37,598 bases of DNA from assembly GCA_964607485.1 (NCBI GenBank), contig CAZSKP010000019.1, positions 1 through 37,598 of the forward strand, written 5' to 3'. Shown here piece after piece: positions 27,217-36,152 of the stretch. This stretch comes from an uncultured bacterium. Lineage in GTDB: Bacteria; Abyssobacteria; SURF-5. Both the position numbers and the translations under genes were made by a program. Within the stretch, counting starts at the first letter, position 1. Every line of letters starts with the position of its first letter. Under the pieces are notes generated by a model, which saw only the letters and a program-made list of their open reading frames with translations, had not been told where the DNA came from and searched no databases.

Positions 27217-27266
27217 TGTCGCACGGTTGCTGCGGCCTTAATCGACCCGGACTATCCCAACACTTC

Positions 27267-29558
27267 ATGACCTCTCTTCCAAAGTCATTTCAAACTCTTG
27301 TCGTCTCGCTGTTCGCCCTGGCTTCATTGACAATCCTTTTCGGGTGCGGCGCCGCTCAGAGACCCGTGACCATCAAACTGTGGGAATTCCCCCGCTGGCG
27401 CGAATCTCCCAATTCGGTTGACAGATTCGCGTGGATGCGGCGACAGATTGCGGATTTCGAGAGAACGCACCCACAGGTCTCCGTCGAGCTGACAGAACTC
27501 ACATGGGAGCGCGGCGAGGACAAGAAAAGGATCGCCATTGCTGCCGGCGTCGGCCCCGATATGATTACCGGCACGCTACCGGTGCAACTGGTTGAGCGGG
27601 GTCTGGTCGAGCCGGTCGATGCGTACATGACCGACGAGGAGAAGGCCGACTTCTTCCCACCGGCGCTGGACGCCTTCACGTACGAGGGCAAAACGTACGG
27701 TTGGCCCTGGTACCTCACGGGAAGCGCTATGTTCCTGAATCTCGAACTGTTCGAGCGATACGGAATACCCCCGCCGAGCGCGGACTGGAACTACAAAGAT
27801 TTTCTGGAGTGCGCACGGCGACTCACGCGCGACATTGATGGCGACGGAAGGCCGGAGGTGTACGGATTCGGATTCCTGGTCCGCCCTGGCGACACAAGCG
27901 TGTGGCCTTTCCTGTTTCCCGACGGCTTGCGGCTTCTACCCGGAGCCTCCGCGTCCCCCTTCGAGCCGAATGGAGGGGGCAAGGCCGGCTTCAGACTGCT
28001 CCACGAATTGATTCACAGAGAACGGGTCGCGCCGATACAGTGCGCCGCGTGGGACACCGAAGCGCTGTGGCAGCGCTTCACGAACCAGCGCGACATAGCG
28101 ATGGCGCCTTGGGGAATATGGGCAATCCCGAAGTTGCGCACCATCGCCGACTTCGATTTCGAGGTGCTCCCCTACCCCTCGCTGAGCGCTACCGCGCCCG
28201 CCGTGCCGGCGCGCGCGTTCATCGGAACCTCGGGGTTCGTCGTGCTGCGCCAAGCCGACGCGAGGAAGCGGGAGCTCTGCATGGAGTTTGCGAGATTCCT
28301 CGTGCGGCCGGAAGCGCAGGGAGAACTCGCCCTTTACGGCGTTTTCCCCTCGAAGATCTCGGCGGGCAACATCTATGAAGGCGACGAATTGATGGCGAGG
28401 ACACAGGAGATAATCACCGCGGGACAGACCGTTCCTCGACACGTCGAGTGGGCAAAGATAGACGAAAAGTTGCAGCGCGAATTTCAACTGGCGCTACTGG
28501 GTGAGAAATCGGTACAGGAAGCTTTGTCCCAAGGGGCTCGCCAGACGCGCATAATTCTGGAGAAATCAAAGGAGAGCACAGCCTCGGCACCGGCGGGCGG
28601 GCGGCCCGGCCGCATGCTCCCCATAGTCTCAGCGCTTTTCGCTCTGGGCGGGGCATTTACTATCTGCATCATGTTTCTCGCGCACAGGGGCCGCGCGGTT
28701 TCGGCGTCGCCGTTCGCGTTTCTGTGTCCGGCGCTCACGGTCTTCGGAGTCTTCCTGCTTTTCCCGCTCTGCTGGGTTGTGCTCCTGTCTTTTCAGGAAT
28801 ATTCCATCGCAAATGCTCACTCCACATGGACGGGCCTGCAGAACCTGCGCTCGGCCGTCCGCGACCCCGTGTTCACCAAGGCCGCCCTGAACACGCTTAT
28901 CTACTCCGCGGTTGTCGTGCCCGTGAACACGCTGTCAGCCCTCGTCGTCGCCAGCCTCATATATCCGCTTTCGAGCCGGGCCAGGTCGTTCTTCCGTGGC
29001 GCCTACTACCTTCCGGGCGTGGCGTCGGTGGTGGTGATCGCGATGGTCTGGCGGTGGATGTTCAACGAGAACTTCGGACTGCTCAACGCCGCGCTGGGGT
29101 TCTTGGGGCTGCCGGGGGTTCGATGGCTGACGAATCCGCATGTGGCGCTGTCGAGCGTCATCCTGACGGGCATCGCGCGCCCGCCCGGAGGCCCGATACT
29201 CATATACCTGGCCGCGCTCGACGCAATCCCGACGTCTCTGTACGACGCGGGCGAAATCGACGGGGCCGGGCCTCTCAGGAGATGGTGGCACGTGACGGTG
29301 CCGCTGCTGAGGCCGACCACGTTGTTTCTTGCGCTCACGATAACGATCGCCTCGTTTCAAGTGTTCACGCAGGTGTTCATCCTGACAGACGGCGGGCCGG
29401 GCTATGCCACCGAGGTGGTCGTGCACAGGATATATACGGCGGCCATTCGCGATTTCGATTTCGGAGCGGCCGCTGCGATGTCGCTCATATTATTTGGCGT
29501 CATCCTGTTCGTCTCGGCATTGCAGTATCGGTTCTTCAGGTCGGAGGTCGAGTACTAG
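27267..29558 (+). CDS. Carbohydrate ABC transporter: substrate-binding lipoprotein fused to a MalF-type permease
   Basis: Lipobox LFGC and a sugar-SBP region (GPDMI, YEGKTYGWP, DIDGDG). Same frame continues into TM helices with YYLPGV, GLLNAAL, WLT, LYDAGEIDGA (EAA-like) and LTDGGPG. Alternative start at 27213/27216. Confidence 0.9.
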   Translation: MTSLPKSFQTLVVSLFALASLTILFGCGAAQRPVTIKLWEFPRWRESPNSVDRFAWMRRQIADFERTHPQVSVELTELTWERGEDKKRIAIAAGVGPDMITGTLPVQLVERGLVEPVDAYMTDEEKADFFPPALDAFTYEGKTYGWPWYLTGSAMFLNLELFERYGIPPPSADWNYKDFLECARRLTRDIDGDGRPEVYGFGFLVRPGDTSVWPFLFPDGLRLLPGASASPFEPNGGGKAGFRLLHELIHRERVAPIQCAAWDTEALWQRFTNQRDIAMAPWGIWAIPKLRTIADFDFEVLPYPSLSATAPAVPARAFIGTSGFVVLRQADARKRELCMEFARFLVRPEAQGELALYGVFPSKISAGNIYEGDELMARTQEIITAGQTVPRHVEWAKIDEKLQREFQLALLGEKSVQEALSQGARQTRIILEKSKESTASAPAGGRPGRMLPIVSALFALGGAFTICIMFLAHRGRAVSASPFAFLCPALTVFGVFLLFPLCWVVLLSFQEYSIANAHSTWTGLQNLRSAVRDPVFTKAALNTLIYSAVVVPVNTLSALVVASLIYPLSSRARSFFRGAYYLPGVASVVVIAMVWRWMFNENFGLLNAALGFLGLPGVRWLTNPHVALSSVILTGIARPPGGPILIYLAALDAIPTSLYDAGEIDGAGPLRRWWHVTVPLLRPTTLFLALTITIASFQVFTQVFILTDGGPGYATEVVVHRIYTAAIRDFDFGAAAAMSLILFGVILFVSALQYRFFRSEVEY

Positions 29559-29591
29559 CGCTTGAGTGGGCGCGGTTAACGAAACTAGGAC

Positions 29592-30413
29592 ATGGCATCC
29601 CGCAAATCACATACGACACTGATAGCGCTGTTGACGCTTGGGGCGGCCGTGTCTGTTTTCCCCGCATTCTGGATGTTCTACACCTCGTTCTGTCCGGCGG
29701 AGAAGCTCAGCGCCGTGCCTCCGGTTTTCGTCCACGGCGAGTTCACGTTGCTGAACTATTCGCAGCTCCTGTTGAACGCCCCCATCGCGCGATGGACCGT
29801 CAACTCTTTTGTCATATGCGCGGCGATAACCCTCGGCCAGCTTCTGTTTGACAGCATGGCCGGATATGCGTTCGCCAGAAAGAAGTTCTTCGGCCGAGAG
29901 ATTCTCTTCTGGTTGGTCGTCGGCACGATGATGGTCCCCGTGCAGATACTCATCGTGCCGTTGTATATAATGATGGTGAGACTGCACCTGGTGGACACGC
30001 TGTGGGCGGCGATATTGCCCGGACTGGCCGGTCCGTTCGGAATCTTCTTCATGAGACAATACATGCTGACGATTCCGACCGAACTGGAGGAAGCGGCAAG
30101 AATCGACGGGTGCAGCGAGTTCCAGATATTCTTCCGGGTGATTCTCCCCGTCTGCGCGCCGGCGTTAGGAGTGCTGGCAATATTCCTGTTCATCTCGAAC
30201 TGGAATTCGTTCCTATGGCCGCTGCTCGTGCTCAACAGCGCCGACACCTACACGCTCACGGTTGGACTCGCAACGCTGCAGGACAAGCAGGCGCTCGATT
30301 ACGGGCTGCTGATGGCCGGAGCCGTCGTCGCGTCTCTCCCGATGTTCGGCGTGTTCCTGCTGTTCCAACGCATGTTTATCAGGGGCGTCAGAATGGGCGC
30401 TCTGAAAGGATGA
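29592..30413 (+). CDS. Carbohydrate ABC transporter permease (MalG type)
   Basis: AGYAFAR, IPTELEEAARIDGC (EAA loop) and WNSFLWPL motifs. Confidence 0.95.
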   Translation: MASRKSHTTLIALLTLGAAVSVFPAFWMFYTSFCPAEKLSAVPPVFVHGEFTLLNYSQLLLNAPIARWTVNSFVICAAITLGQLLFDSMAGYAFARKKFFGREILFWLVVGTMMVPVQILIVPLYIMMVRLHLVDTLWAAILPGLAGPFGIFFMRQYMLTIPTELEEAARIDGCSEFQIFFRVILPVCAPALGVLAIFLFISNWNSFLWPLLVLNSADTYTLTVGLATLQDKQALDYGLLMAGAVVASLPMFGVFLLFQRMFIRGVRMGALKG

Positions 30414-32239
30414 CCGAAACAAGGAGTGGTTTCACATTGATTTTCAATAACCTGTTCAGAATAAGGCTCGTCACGTCGACGGTGTCGGCGGCCTGCATTA
30501 TCTTCTGCGCGACCTCGTGCGCAAACCGTTCGAATCACGCGGAAGTGGCCGAACATACAGCCGAAGTCATCGGCTCCGCGGACGCGCTGTACTCTGCCGA
30601 AGGCTCAGGCGCGGGCAGTGAGGACACGCTTGCGTCCACGCAGGCATCGGATTCCCAAGAACCGGAAGAAGAGGTCAGCATTCCGGTTGTCGAGCCGAAG
30701 AAGATCGAGCCGCGGAAGGCATACATCGAGCCCATCGTGAGGGTGCAGATTCTCGGAGACGCATCCTCTATCAAGCTCGGAAGCAAGGGGAAATTGACGC
30801 TGAGCTTCGGCAGCAACTTCATGAAGGTCGAGCCGGGCTCGCGTCTCCGGTTCAAGCCGCGCAGCGCCCGCGTGTCCGTGCGTTCATACGCGGTCGGAAT
30901 CGGCACCTTCGGCGCCGACGAATATGAAGACGCGATGAAGCTGGCGGAGAAATGGAAAAAGGACGGCTACACCGTCCGACTGATAAAGGCGGGCGGCCCG
31001 CTCCTCCAGGCCGACGGCACGATAGCCGATACCACTGTTTACTGGGTTGCGCTCGGCATCTTCAAAGAACAGCAAGCCGCCGAAAAATTCCGGGACAGGA
31101 TGTTTGACCGTGGCATCTCATGCTGGGTGATCGACGAGAGCGTGCTTGGCCCCCGGGGGAACATAGAGTTGGCCGACGCAAAGGGCAATCCGCTCGCGTA
31201 TGCCGACTCACGCGTAATCGTCGCAAGCGGTGAACCCATAACCATCTTCGATGTCCCGTTCGGACACGGGTTCTGGGATTCGGGCAATAGAGAAGACAGA
31301 AGCTACCTCAGTCCGCTCGAGATCATCGTGGACAAGAAGGGGAAGCTGGCGGCGATAAACGAGGTCAAGCTTGAAGAATATGTGAAGGGCATCGTACCTG
31401 TCGAAATACGGTTGACCGCACACGACGAGGCCCTGAAGGCCCAAGCGGTTTCGGCCCGCACAGAAGCGATAGCGAAGCTGGGCATCCAGCACGCATTCGA
31501 CCCGTACGACTTCTGCGCCTCGCAGCACTGCCAGGAGTTTGGCGGACTCGCCCGCAGGACTTCTCGGACGGATGCGGCCGTGGACGCCACCCGTGGGCAG
31601 GTGCTTATGTGCGACGGGTGTCTCGTGGATGCGGTGTACAGCGCCAACTGCGGTGGCCACACCGAGAACAATGAGAATGTCTGGACCTCCCGGCCGAATA
31701 TATCGCTCCGGGGCGTCTCCGACCTTTACAGCAACCCGGACTCGTTCCACTTCCCGCTCTCGGGGTCTCAACTGAGCAAGTGGCTCCAGCAATCGCCACG
31801 CGCTTATTGCGGAGACCCGCGCGTCGGCGACCGCAGCAAATTCCGCTGGAAGGTGAGATACAGCCCGACGCAGATAAAAAGAATCGTGAACAGGTATCGC
31901 AGAGTGGGTTCGGTCAGGGACATCATTGTTCTTCGGAGAGGAGTGTCGGGCCGCGCCCTGCGCATCAGGATCGTCGGCAGCAGCGATACCGCGACAGTCA
32001 ACAAGGAGCTGCAGATAAGACGCGTGCTGGGCGGGCTCAAGAGTTCGATGTTCACCGTGGACATCAATCGCAACTCCTCCGGCAATCCGACGTCGTTCGT
32101 TTTCTACGGAGGCGGATGGGGCCATGGAGTCGGGCTGTGTCAGGCGGGGGCCGAGGGAATGGCCCTCGCGGGATTCGACTATTCCGACATCCTCAAGCAC
32201 TACTTCTCGCGGACCGAAATCAAACAATTGTATGAATGA
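30410..32239 (+). CDS. SpoIID/LytB-family lytic transglycosylase with SPOR domain, probable lipoprotein
   Basis: ATGA overlap with the permease stop, ATSC lipobox-like motif and SPOR-like repeats (YAVGIGTF.., YWVALGIF..AAEK). SpoIID motifs EEYVKGIVPVE, ALKAQAVSART, DFCASQHCQ and GWGHGVGLCQ. Confidence 0.9.
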   Translation: MTETRSGFTLIFNNLFRIRLVTSTVSAACIIFCATSCANRSNHAEVAEHTAEVIGSADALYSAEGSGAGSEDTLASTQASDSQEPEEEVSIPVVEPKKIEPRKAYIEPIVRVQILGDASSIKLGSKGKLTLSFGSNFMKVEPGSRLRFKPRSARVSVRSYAVGIGTFGADEYEDAMKLAEKWKKDGYTVRLIKAGGPLLQADGTIADTTVYWVALGIFKEQQAAEKFRDRMFDRGISCWVIDESVLGPRGNIELADAKGNPLAYADSRVIVASGEPITIFDVPFGHGFWDSGNREDRSYLSPLEIIVDKKGKLAAINEVKLEEYVKGIVPVEIRLTAHDEALKAQAVSARTEAIAKLGIQHAFDPYDFCASQHCQEFGGLARRTSRTDAAVDATRGQVLMCDGCLVDAVYSANCGGHTENNENVWTSRPNISLRGVSDLYSNPDSFHFPLSGSQLSKWLQQSPRAYCGDPRVGDRSKFRWKVRYSPTQIKRIVNRYRRVGSVRDIIVLRRGVSGRALRIRIVGSSDTATVNKELQIRRVLGGLKSSMFTVDINRNSSGNPTSFVFYGGGWGHGVGLCQAGAEGMALAGFDYSDILKHYFSRTEIKQLYE

Positions 32240-33386
32240 CTCATCTCAAACGGTCAGGCCGGGCATCACCCAGTTGTTGGAATCCGAGCGAGGCATTCTC
32301 GACGGCGCCCGGGTCGGCCTGATCGCAAACTCGGCAAGCGTCAACGAACGGGGAATCTCCACGGCATCGCTGCTTCTCAATGTCGGCATCCACCTCGAAT
32401 GCCTGTTTGCGCCCGAACACGGATACGACGCCTCGGCCGAGGCCGGACGTAAGGTCACCGACTCCTTTGACGCGAACACGGGACTCCCCATTCGCAGCCT
32501 GTACAACGAAGCGCGCCAGCCGACCGCCGAGATGCTGCGAGACATTGATGCCGTCGTGTTTGACCTGCAGGACGTGGGAGTTCGGTGTTACACCTATATT
32601 TGGACGATGGCGCTGGCAATGCAGTCGGCGGCCCTCTACGGCAAGCTGTTCGTGGCACTCGACCGCCCCAATCCGCTCGGCGGCCTCCTTGTACAAGGGC
32701 CAGTCCTCGACCCTCGGTTTGCAACCTTCATGGGAATGTATCCTATCCCCCTTCGATACGGAATGACGATAGGCGAGCTTGCGCTGCTGTTCAACCATTC
32801 CTTCGAGATAGGCGCCGACCTGGCTGTGATCCGGATGCAGGGCTGGCGACGCCGGCTCTGGTTCGCCGACACGGGCTTGAAGTGGCTGCCTCCCTCGCTG
32901 GCGATTCGTTCGGCCGAATGCGCTCTCCCGTATGCGGGCACGTGCCTGTTCGAGGGCACCAATATGTCGGAAGGACGCGGAACCTCCTCCCCATTCCGCT
33001 TGATAGGAGCACCGTGGCTCGACACCCATATCCTCGGCGCGGTGGATGAAAGGTGGCTCGCCGGGTTCGATGTATCGCCCCAAAAATTCACGCCGAGCGG
33101 GTCTGAGTATGCAGGGACCGAATGCGCCGGGCTTGCTATCACGGTCGTTGACAAGGAGAGGGCCGACCCCGTTGCGCTATCGGTTGCGCTGCTCGCGGAG
33201 ATAGCCTCGCGTCATCGGGCTGACCTCGAGTGGAACGAGGAGCACTTCGATGCGGTCGCGGGCACGGATACGCTTCGTCGCGAAATCTGCGCGGGAACCG
33301 ACCCCGAAAATATTATTGAAAGCTGGAAGGAGTCTCATCGGAATTTCGAAAAACTCAGGACGCAGCATCTTATGTACGAAGGGTGA
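32232..33386 (+). CDS. namZ: Exo-beta-N-acetylmuramidase NamZ (DUF1343/YbbC, GH171)
   Basis: RVGLIAN, LFAPEHG, FDLQDVGVRCYTY, LDRPNP, GMTIGELA and SEGRGT motifs. It overlaps the upstream stop and has no signal peptide from ATG 32232. Confidence 0.92.
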   Translation: MNDSSQTVRPGITQLLESERGILDGARVGLIANSASVNERGISTASLLLNVGIHLECLFAPEHGYDASAEAGRKVTDSFDANTGLPIRSLYNEARQPTAEMLRDIDAVVFDLQDVGVRCYTYIWTMALAMQSAALYGKLFVALDRPNPLGGLLVQGPVLDPRFATFMGMYPIPLRYGMTIGELALLFNHSFEIGADLAVIRMQGWRRRLWFADTGLKWLPPSLAIRSAECALPYAGTCLFEGTNMSEGRGTSSPFRLIGAPWLDTHILGAVDERWLAGFDVSPQKFTPSGSEYAGTECAGLAITVVDKERADPVALSVALLAEIASRHRADLEWNEEHFDAVAGTDTLRREICAGTDPENIIESWKESHRNFEKLRTQHLMYEG

Positions 33387-33422
33387 CAGGTTACGGGAAA
33401 GCTCGGTGACAGAGTTGGCGAG

Positions 33423-34946
33423 ATGTTCATGGTCGGCTACGCGGGCGTCGACCCCATGGCCGCGAGCGACCTCATCCGGCGCTATCGCGTCGGAGGAATA
33501 ATACTCTTTTCGAGAAATGTAAGGGATGCGGCCCACGCGGCGGAAGTGTGCGAGAAGCTGCAGGAGCTCAGGCGGCAGGTGAGCGACTCGCCGCTGTTCA
33601 TTGCGGTGGACCAGGAGGGTGGCTGCGTCGCGCGAATAACCGAGGGGGTCACGGTCTTCCCGGGCAACATGGCGCTGGGGGCGACCGGGTCCGAGCATCT
33701 CGCACGGCGCGTAGGCAACGTGACGGCAACCGAGCTTTCGGCTCTGGGGATAAACGTCAACTTCGCGCCCGTTCTCGACATCAGCTCTAATCCTCGCAAT
33801 CCGGGCGTCGGTGCTCGGTCGTTCGGCTCAGACCCTGCGCTCGTTGGGCGTCTGGGATCGGCGATGATAGGAGGAATGCAGGAGAAGGGCGTCTGCGCGA
33901 CCGCGAAGCATTTCCCCGGGCTGGGCAACGCGCGAGTCGATTCCCACGACGAGCTGCCTGTCGTGGATGCCGCAAGAGACCGGCTGGAGAACCGAGAGCT
34001 TCTGCCCTTCCGCGCGGCCATCGAGGCCGATGTCGCATTCATCATGACGGCCCATTGCTCCTTTCCATCGCTCGACGGCACGCTCGCCCCGGCAACGCTT
34101 TCAAAGCCTGTCCTCACGGGGCTGCTCCGGGAACGAATGGGATTCAACGGAATCGTGATAACCGACTGCCTCGAAATGGCGGCGGTCGAAAAAGACTTCC
34201 CGGCGGCGCAGTCGGCCCTGATGGCGGTCCGCGCGGGCGCTGATATGGCGTTGATCTGTCACACGCCCGAGAAGCAGGCTTCCGCGGTCGACTCGCTCGC
34301 CGCCGCCGTCGAGTCCGGAGATATTCCGGAAGAGACTATCGACGTAGCCACTACAAAAATATCATCCATCAAAAAACATCTTGGATTTTGCGACAGCTCC
34401 GCGCCCCGCAAGGTTGCGCCTGAAGCGTCGCTCAGCGAATCCATTGCCGCCGAAGCCATAACCATCGTGAGAAACGAGGGCTCGATGGTGCCGCTGAGAC
34501 TCGCGCCGTCGGACAAGCTTGGCGTGGTCGTTCCCCGCTTCGAGATCCTCACAAAAGTGGAAGATGCCGCCGAACCGCACGAGGCTTTCCTGGAAGAAGT
34601 GAGACGCCGCCATCCGCATGTGCTCTATCGCAAGGTCGCCGTCGAGCCATCGTCTAAAGAGATCGGCGAGTGTGTGACTATCTGCAGGGAAGCGGACTCT
34701 CTGATTGTGCTCACGTATAACCTTCATCTGAATCCAGCGCAGAGAGATTTCGTGCGCTCCGTTCTTGCCCTCGGCAAGCCAACAATCGTGGCGGCCGTGC
34801 GCGACCCATATGACCTCGTGTTCGTACCGGGCGCGCGCGCTTGTGTGGCAACGTACAGCTTCCGGGAGTGCTCGTTAAGAGCTTTGGCTAAGGTTCTCTT
34901 CGGCGATTTCGAGGCGAGAGGCAAGCTGCCGGTCGAACTTGCCTAA
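33423..34946 (+). CDS. nagZ: Beta-N-acetylhexosaminidase NagZ (GH3, two-domain type)
   Basis: GGIILFSRN, AVDQEGG, NFAPVLD, RSFG, KHFPG, DSH dyad, MTAH and ITDCLEM nucleophile, plus a C-terminal domain (VRDPYD, GKLPV). The true start is unclear (see findings). Confidence 0.93.
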   Translation: MFMVGYAGVDPMAASDLIRRYRVGGIILFSRNVRDAAHAAEVCEKLQELRRQVSDSPLFIAVDQEGGCVARITEGVTVFPGNMALGATGSEHLARRVGNVTATELSALGINVNFAPVLDISSNPRNPGVGARSFGSDPALVGRLGSAMIGGMQEKGVCATAKHFPGLGNARVDSHDELPVVDAARDRLENRELLPFRAAIEADVAFIMTAHCSFPSLDGTLAPATLSKPVLTGLLRERMGFNGIVITDCLEMAAVEKDFPAAQSALMAVRAGADMALICHTPEKQASAVDSLAAAVESGDIPEETIDVATTKISSIKKHLGFCDSSAPRKVAPEASLSESIAAEAITIVRNEGSMVPLRLAPSDKLGVVVPRFEILTKVEDAAEPHEAFLEEVRRRHPHVLYRKVAVEPSSKEIGECVTICREADSLIVLTYNLHLNPAQRDFVRSVLALGKPTIVAAVRDPYDLVFVPGARACVATYSFRECSLRALAKVLFGDFEARGKLPVELA

Positions 34947-34957
34947 TCAAAGGAAAC

Positions 34958-36118
34958 ATGAAGCGTCTTGTCGAAATTGCAGGGCTGAGGAAGCGGCTCG
35001 TCGTCGGGCTGATGTCCGGCACCTCGGCCGACGGCGTCGATGCCGCACTGGTCGAAATTGAGGGAAATTCCCTCGACACCCGTGTGAAGCTCCTTGCGTT
35101 CGAGACGCTTCCCTACCCCAGAGATATCGCGGAAGCAGTCAGAAATCTTCAGGGCGGCACGACGCGGCAGGTGTGCGAGATGAACTTCCGGCTGGGCGAG
35201 ATATTCGCGCAGGCCGCTCTGAACGTGATTCGCTCGTCCGGCGCCGAGCCGTCGGACGTTCACCTGATCGGCTCACACGGGCAGACCATCTATCATATGC
35301 CGGACGCTGCGCCGCCCGCACGCTCGACGCTCCAAGTGGGCGAGCCGTGCGTCATAGCGGAGCGCACGGGCATTCCGACCGTGGCCGACTTCCGCGTTCG
35401 CGACGTGGCGGCGGGCGGCTACGGCGCTCCTCTCATCCCCTATGTCGATTTTCTTCTCTTCAGGGAACCGGGCCGCGTGAGGGCTCTGCAGAACATCGGC
35501 GGAATCGCCAACGTGACGATTGTCACTCCCTCACTCGATGGCGTGTTCGGCTTCGACACCGGCCCCGGCAATGCGCTGATAGATGAGTTCGTCCGTGGAA
35601 CGACCGCAGGCGAGCACGCGTTTGACAAGGGCGGAAATCTCGCGCGAGGCGGAGAGGTCGAAGAGGAAATCCTCCAGAATCTCCTTGAGCACCCCTATTT
35701 CAGCTTGCCTCCTCCTAAGACGACCGGCCGCGAGGTCTTCGGTCCCGAACTGGTGCGAAAGCTCATCTCCGCGACTCCGCCCGAGCACCGCGCTGACATG
35801 CTGGCGACCCTCACCGCGCTGACGGCGCGCTCGATCAAGATGAGCTACGACCGGTTCGTGTTCCCGGAGGCCGTTGTCGATGAGGTAATCCTGAGCGGGG
35901 GTGGTTGCCGGAACGATTATCTGGTAGAATTACTTCGCGAGTTGTTTGCACCGGTTCCCGTTCGGCTATCCGATGAATTCGGCGTGCCGGCGGACGCGAA
36001 GGAGGCGATAGGCTTCGCCGTCCTCGCAAACGAGACGATAAGCGGAAACCCGTCGAATGTTCCCTCCGCCACCGGGGCCTCGCACCCTGTGGTGCTGGGA
36101 AAGATCGTGCCGCCCTAA
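34958..36118 (+). CDS. anmK: Anhydro-N-acetylmuramic acid kinase
   Basis: GLMSGTSADGVD, IGSHGQT, DFRVRDVAAGGYGAPL, NIGGIAN, FDTGPGN, PPKTTGRE and KEA motifs. Confidence 0.96.
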   Translation: MKRLVEIAGLRKRLVVGLMSGTSADGVDAALVEIEGNSLDTRVKLLAFETLPYPRDIAEAVRNLQGGTTRQVCEMNFRLGEIFAQAALNVIRSSGAEPSDVHLIGSHGQTIYHMPDAAPPARSTLQVGEPCVIAERTGIPTVADFRVRDVAAGGYGAPLIPYVDFLLFREPGRVRALQNIGGIANVTIVTPSLDGVFGFDTGPGNALIDEFVRGTTAGEHAFDKGGNLARGGEVEEEILQNLLEHPYFSLPPPKTTGREVFGPELVRKLISATPPEHRADMLATLTALTARSIKMSYDRFVFPEAVVDEVILSGGGCRNDYLVELLRELFAPVPVRLSDEFGVPADAKEAIGFAVLANETISGNPSNVPSATGASHPVVLGKIVPP

Positions 36119-36152
36119 ATCGGGACAGAGCCTATTTTTAGGGATCAAAACC

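Noticed and set aside
30002-30409. N-terminal extension of the SpoIID ORF in the supplied track (likewise extensions from 18598, 32124 and 36057)
   Set aside because: These extensions overlap well-supported upstream genes in another frame. Downstream ATGs (30410, 18748, 32232, 36153) show coupling, an RBS or a signal peptide, and mark where homology begins.
33384-33386. Selenocysteine recoding of the namZ TGA
   Set aside because: The codon falls at the normal NamZ C-terminus (..LMY), not at a catalytic Cys position, and no convincing SECIS hairpin follows.
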